Assembly (NCBI GenBank): GCA_025061115.1
Contig: JANZKC010000001.1
Location: 779,366-843,365, forward strand
Direction: 5' to 3'
DNA: 64,000 bases
Origin: Candidatus Culexmicrobium cathedralense
Lineage (GTDB): Archaea > Thermoproteota > Methanomethylicia > Culexarchaeales > Culexmicrobiaceae
Made by a program: the position numbers and the translations under genes. Shown here piece after piece: positions 59,317 through 64,000 of this stretch. Every line of letters begins with the position of its first letter. The first letter of the stretch is position 1. Under the pieces are notes generated by a model that was given only the letters and a program-made list of their open reading frames with translations, made no database searches and had not been told where the DNA came from.

Positions 59317-59921
59317 ATGCGCTTTCTTGTAATTAGTGATGTGCATGGAAATTTAAAGGCGCCCCAGGCAGCAGTAAATTGTTTCTTTAAATTTTAACGT
59401 AGATGCTATAGCTTGTTGCGGTGATGTTGAATCTCAGAAGTAGTTCCGTATAATTTCTAGTAATTTGCAATCATTCTTTGTTTCTGGAAATATGGATGGG
59501 CGATCGATTTTAAAGATTCTGGAGCAGTCAGGCATAAGTGTTCATGGTAAGTTAATCAAGTTTAGGCAATATTTCATTGGAGGTATTGGGCGGCTTTAAA
59601 ATGGAAAAAGCTTTAGCTATGCTGAAAAATGCACTTGAAAAGCAGCGCCCAGAGAAGTGGATTCTCATAACGCACTTTCCGCCTAAAAACACACCTGCAG
59701 ACAAATTCTTTATATGTTTTCATGTAGGTGATAAAGACATCAGAAAATTAATTTACCAATATAAGCCGTCTGCCTGTTTCTGTGGCCATATTCATGAGAG
59801 TCCATGTATTTCTCATGTAGAAGACTTTTTAATTGTGAATCCCGGCCCGGCTTTGAAATGGAGAGCTGCAATTGTAGACTTAGACAAGGATCATGCGGGG
59901 GTCATATCGCTTAAATATTAA
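59317..59921 (+). pseudogene. Frameshifted Icc-like metallophosphoesterase
   Basis: MRFLVISDVHGN, VDAIACCGD, FVSGNMD, THFPP, CGHIHE and NPG pieces separated by stops and frameshifts. Confidence 0.75.
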
Positions 59922-60036
59922 GTTAAGCCTTTCATTGATCAATCTGGCTAAACTCCTTGTGAATAATTTTTAGCTGCGACGCGTCAAATATTATATAGGC
60001 CTCAAATAGAGGATGATATAATGAGGTGTTAATTAA

Positions 60037-60816
60037 TTGGTGAAAGTTGCTGATTTAATGGATTCAAGACACCCTACCGTTCCATATGATTCAACTTCGG
60101 GTTATGCCAGAGCGACTTTCCGAGAAACAAGAGTAAGAATTCTTCCAGTGCTAGATGGTGAAAAGCTTGTTGGAGTGATTACTCGAATAGGCATCATGAG
60201 TGTAACTGCAACTAGATCCGACTTAACCGTGAGGGACTTGATGATTACGCCTCAATTGGTGCTGAAGCCTTATGAAGACATTTTTAATGCTGCGCAAAAA
60301 CTTCTTCAAGTTGATGATTGGTATGCTCCAGTAGTTGATGAGCAGAATAAGTATCTTGGCGTGTATGGTCTTGAGCACTTTATGATTTACATGCTTAATC
60401 AAGAACATCCTGCCAATTCAGAACCCGTAAAGAAATATATGAGCCAAAACGTCGAGTTTGTCTATGTCGATGACCCAATATCAAAAGTATGGCATAAAAT
60501 GCTCGAATTTCGATATGCTGGATTTCCAGTAATCACTCATGAAGGCAAACTGATAGGCGTTGTCACGCAGATAGATATACTTAAACGAGGCTTCACCCGC
60601 TTACAATTGGAATCCGAGAGTGCTCCTCGCCGCGGCCCCACAGTTGAAGCTGTCATGTCAACTCCACCAATAACTATCCCCCCTAGCGCTTCAATACATG
60701 AAGCTGCAAAAATTATGGTCGATCGAAACATAGGCAGGCTTATTGTCGTTAAAGGCGGAAAAATTGAGGGGATAATAGATAGAAGCGACATCACTCGCGC
60801 ATATCTGAGTTTTTAG
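60037..60816 (+). CDS. CBS-domain protein
   Basis: Four CBS repeats. Confidence 0.9.
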   Translation: MVKVADLMDSRHPTVPYDSTSGYARATFRETRVRILPVLDGEKLVGVITRIGIMSVTATRSDLTVRDLMITPQLVLKPYEDIFNAAQKLLQVDDWYAPVVDEQNKYLGVYGLEHFMIYMLNQEHPANSEPVKKYMSQNVEFVYVDDPISKVWHKMLEFRYAGFPVITHEGKLIGVVTQIDILKRGFTRLQLESESAPRRGPTVEAVMSTPPITIPPSASIHEAAKIMVDRNIGRLIVVKGGKIEGIIDRSDITRAYLSF

Positions 60817-60916
60817 CCTTAAAATTACGTTTCCTAACATATTTCCAATTATTTCTGAAATTTTAGAAATACAGTGCATTTAAAGTTTCATTAATGGTGT
60901 TTTTAGGATGATGAGT

Positions 60917-60982
60917 TTATGGAGGGCCTCGATCCGTAATTATTGGTCTGATTTTCTCCAATATCGGGGCTCTCCAGATCAT
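60917..60982 (-). CDS. Putative 21-aa leader peptide MIWRAPILEKIRPIITDRGPP inside a long hairpin (60904-60997)
   Basis: GGGGTGA RBS 6 nt before ATG; minus-strand BRE-TATA GAGAAAAGCTTATAAG at 61035-61050. Confidence 0.35.
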   Translation of the reverse strand: MIWRAPILEKIRPIITDRGPP

Positions 60983-61023
60983 GGCTCATCACCCCTATTC
61001 TCATTATTTCCAATTATTATAAT

Positions 61024-61092
61024 ATGAGAACATGCTTATAAGCTTTTCTCGCTTTTACATATTATAAAAAATGAGAAAAACTTATAAGTCTC
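61024..61092. promoter_or_regulatory. Divergent twin BRE-TATA promoters with ATGAGAA repeats
   Basis: GAGAAAAGCTTATAAG (-, 61035-61050) and GAGAAAAACTTATAAG (+, 61073-61088); ATGAGAA/TTCTCAT at 60998, 61024, 61071. Confidence 0.6.
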
Positions 61093-61129
61093 GTCAAGCG
61101 CATAAACATGATTGTAATGCGCATTTTAA

Positions 61130-61537
61130 TTGGGGGCGATCAATATGAACAGCGCCAGACAATATTACACTGTAGATGTCAAGCCTGAGAGTAAAGTAGT
61201 CATAGTTACATTTAGTGGATCTTCAATGAACTTTAAAACAATACAATCTGCGCTCATTCAACTCAAAAGCTACATAATCGAAGGATACCAAATCAAACTT
61301 AGAGGATATATGACTAGAAAAAGTAGCAGCCTAAAGGCATTCATGTTTGCATTATCACTAGTTGGACAGGAAAACCGAATAATCTTTGAAAACAAGGCCA
61401 GATACAGTAAAGCCGAAAGAAGAAGAAAGCGAGTAAAAGCCAGAGAATTAAGAAGGAAAGGTTTCACAGCTAAGCAAATATCTCGAGAATTAAAAATACC
61501 TCTAAAAACAGTCTACAGATGGCTTAAAGAAGCATGA
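61130..61537 (+). CDS. HTH-domain protein
   Basis: C-terminal AKQISRELKIPLKTVYRWL; start may be ATG 61145. Confidence 0.8.
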   Translation: MGAINMNSARQYYTVDVKPESKVVIVTFSGSSMNFKTIQSALIQLKSYIIEGYQIKLRGYMTRKSSSLKAFMFALSLVGQENRIIFENKARYSKAERRRKRVKARELRRKGFTAKQISRELKIPLKTVYRWLKEA

Positions 61538-61576
61538 AGAGTAGCCAACGAAATGTGAAAATTTAGTGGAATGCTG

Positions 61577-61693
61577 GGCCGAGGGGCCCGAACCGAGTAG
61601 TGATGTACCAGGTAATGAATGTTAAGCCAAGATGTTTAATTATTAATGGATTGGATGCAAATAGTTCTCCCGCCGGCGGAAAACCCCCGGCCA
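61577..61693 (+). ncRNA. Structured ncRNA candidate downstream of the HTH gene
   Basis: GGCCGAGGGG...CCCCCGGCC terminal stem, inner CCG/CGG pairing, GTGATG and ATGA boxes; GC-rich ends in an AT-rich context; strand uncertain. Confidence 0.4.
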
Positions 61694-62470
61694 ATTTACT
61701 CTTACGCTAATCTACCTCTAAAATCTTTTACAAAATTCAATAACGTTTTTTACAAATACTTACAAACCATCTTCTCATATTTTTCACAAAAATTCCATTT
61801 TAGGAAAAATTTTAATTTTTAGATAGTTGACGGTGATGGTTACGTATAAATGTTATAATAATGGCCAAGCATCGATTGAATAGCTCAATATAAGTAAGTA
61901 TGTTACAGATTGGTGGACTAAGAATGTCAATTAAAATGAGAGAGTGAAAACTGGATTGCTAGGGGTGCTGAGTCGTTTTCCCGATAGGCCTATTATATTC
62001 CGGGTAAGTGGGAGCTAGTAACGAAGAAACTTATTTTAACGGTCATCATAAAGAATACTGTTCTGGGGTTTTGTTTGCAGCCGATCTGTGTTAAGACTAA
62101 TCATAAGCCTGAGTGGTATAAGCGCTATCGTAAGTAGCCTGTTACTTTTTTAGGGATTTGTCTTCTGATACTATCATTTGCGTTCCTCCCTGACATGCGC
62201 CTAAAAATTGGGATTAAGTGGGGAAATTTATGGTTAGGGGATTTCATGAGAGTCGCTAGAAAGCGAATAATTCTCATTTTAGGCAATATTTTAACTTTAA
62301 AACCATGATTAATCAATGCTTCAAGAGCGCTGAGAGAACGAATAACCTTCGCAAAATACATGAAAAACATGAAGAAAACCATCAGTTAGCCTAGTGCTGC
62401 TAATTCAGAAAACTCTTCAGAACCCGCGTAATTCTATAGGCTTCTTTTACTCAGAAAAGCTAGGAAAAGG

Positions 62471-62491
62471 TGGTAGCGGGGGGATTTGAAC
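62471..62491 (-). mobile_element. Degenerate tRNA 3'-end fragment (att-like scar)
   Basis: Minus strand GTTCAAATCCCCCCGCTACCA = T-loop + shortened stem + CGCT-A-CCA, resembling an initiator tRNA-Met 3' end. Confidence 0.45.
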
Positions 62492-62639
62492 TACATTCAT
62501 AAAATTGTATAGAAAATTTTTAAGCTATGCTCCTCCTCGAATTTGATGTTGTTTTTTAGCGATTACAATAATTCTCCTTTTTCATAAATGTCAATTTAAC
62601 CATGAATTTTCCGCTTCTTTCCCATTCTCTTTGTAAAGG

Positions 62640-64000
62640 TTATGTATGAGCTTTAGCGTTAATTATTTTGATTATAGAACTCCATAATTCATCGTTTTTT
62701 ATGCATCCTATGTCTGCGGCTGTTACATCTCCGTTGAAGTAGCTGTAGGCTCTTGCGCGGCATCCTCCACAGATATACTTGTCTGGACATGTGCCACAAC
62801 CGACAATTTTGCCATTTACTTCATATGTCTTCAAGTTTTCTCTTATTCGAAGCTTCCACAAAAGCGGATGATTATCCCAAATTTCCTCAAAATTATCTTT
62901 TAGGATATTTCCAAGCACTGTTTCCTTGTTTGTTGGGAAGAATACGCATGGTTTTATGTCTCCGTTTGGTTCTATTGCGCAGTAAAGTCTTCCGGCTCCA
63001 CATCCGCCGAGAAAGTTTGCAACGTTTTCCACGCCCTTCTTAGCGGCGTAATGTGCCGCAACCATGAAGTTTTCGCCCTTTTGCTGTGAAAGCTCTTTTG
63101 TTACACTGGCGTATTGTGGGCAAGTGCTGAAGAAACGGTCAACTTTCACGCTTGATTTGCCAAATTTTAATTCTTCCTCTTTTGCCTTTAGATATAAATC
63201 AATTATCTTATTTCCAATCACTTGAAGAACATGGAGTCTCTCTTTTGGCGTTAAGTCTAGTTCTATATGCGCCTTAGCTCTTCCAGTCGGTATATAGTTG
63301 AAGTGTATGAATCTTACGCCGAGCTCATCAGCTAAATTTACTATTTTTTCGACTTCTGCAAAGTTTTCTTTATGAATAACTGTAGCAATACATGTGTCAA
63401 TTCCCGCATCAATGCAGTTCTTTATTCCTTCCATTGTTCTTTTAAATGCACCTGGAATTCCGCGGAACCAATCATGCGTAGCCGCTGAAGCCCCATCAAG
63501 ACTTATCTCAACATAGTCAATCCCAGCATCTTTTAGTCTTTCCGCATTATCCTTTGTTATTAAGGTTCCATTCGTCGCTATACTCACGTATGGAATTCTC
63601 TTTTTTGCATAGGCTGCAACTTCGAAGAAGTCCTCTCTTGCGAGGGGTTCGCCACCGCTGAATGAGAGTGCGGGCAAGCCCACAGTGGAAAGCTTAGATA
63701 AAATATCTAAAACCTGCTTTGCTTCATCAGTTGAGAGTTCAAGCTTTTTCCTTCCAGCATTCTCATAGCAGTGCTTACACCTAAGATTACATTTATAGGT
63801 ATAGTTCCAAACTATCAAGAATGGAGCTGCTGGCGTGAAAGGTATTCTTATCCCATATTTTTCTATCCCCCTCATCATTAAGGCGAACCCGCGGAACCAA
63901 GCCTCACCATATTGATCTTCAAGAAATTGCTGCTGCATAAAGGATCTGTCAACCCGTAAAAGCTTAGTGCCTATTTTATAAATTGGCTTTGCTAGGTTCT
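62640..64000 (-). CDS. Radical SAM/SPASM-domain protein, 5'-truncated by the window edge
   Basis: CNLRCKHC, FSGGEP, GCGAG...C.I...G...PC, C..C..K..CGGCRARA; frame open to 64000. Confidence 0.9.
   Translation of the reverse strand, partial: NLAKPIYKIGTKLLRVDRSFMQQQFLEDQYGEAWFRGFALMMRGIEKYGIRIPFTPAAPFLIVWNYTYKCNLRCKHCYENAGRKKLELSTDEAKQVLDILSKLSTVGLPALSFSGGEPLAREDFFEVAAYAKKRIPYVSIATNGTLITKDNAERLKDAGIDYVEISLDGASAATHDWFRGIPGAFKRTMEGIKNCIDAGIDTCIATVIHKENFAEVEKIVNLADELGVRFIHFNYIPTGRAKAHIELDLTPKERLHVLQVIGNKIIDLYLKAKEEELKFGKSSVKVDRFFSTCPQYASVTKELSQQKGENFMVAAHYAAKKGVENVANFLGGCGAGRLYCAIEPNGDIKPCVFFPTNKETVLGNILKDNFEEIWDNHPLLWKLRIRENLKTYEVNGKIVGCGTCPDKYICGGCRARAYSYFNGDVTAADIGCIKNDELWSSIIKIINAKAHT

Noticed and set aside
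62125-62382. 85-aa ORF as a real gene or transposase
   Set aside because: No recognisable motif; lies in a degraded AT-rich segment

Overview
Core chromosomal region of a thermophile-like TACK/Thermoproteota archaeon. It carries both PolD (DP2) and a PolB3-type polymerase, Elf1, DUF1512, an unlinked 5S rRNA and intron-rich tRNAs; a non-classical lineage such as Nezhaarchaeales, Culexarchaeales, Methanomethylicia or Bathyarchaeia is inferred, not proven. Housekeeping genes include archaeal mevalonate-pathway AcnX/UbiD, two convergent thermosome subunits, Clp1, RadB-like, carS, uL16, Trm14, CoaD, RpiA, DnaG, a DHH nuclease, pyrB/pyrI, a partial A-type ATPase operon, GGGPS, Sec61beta, ZPR1, hypF and TatD. 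RNA genes are six tRNAs (four with BHB introns at 3/4, 30/31, 33/34, 37/38 and probably 38/39), the 5S rRNA and a two-hairpin H/ACA-like RNA. The most notable signals are: (1) a full-length PheRS alpha/beta pair with its catalytic motifs replaced; (2) an ArsR-HTH + ATP-cone + catalytically dead class III RNR fusion; (3) a PolB with degenerate proofreading motifs; (4) an ORB-defined replication origin with no adjacent cdc6, flanked by HTH genes that share repeated TGTGAC-type sites; (5) several unannotated structured RNAs and a hairpin-embedded 21-aa ORF ending in RGPP. All calls come from reading the sequence by eye; no searches were run.
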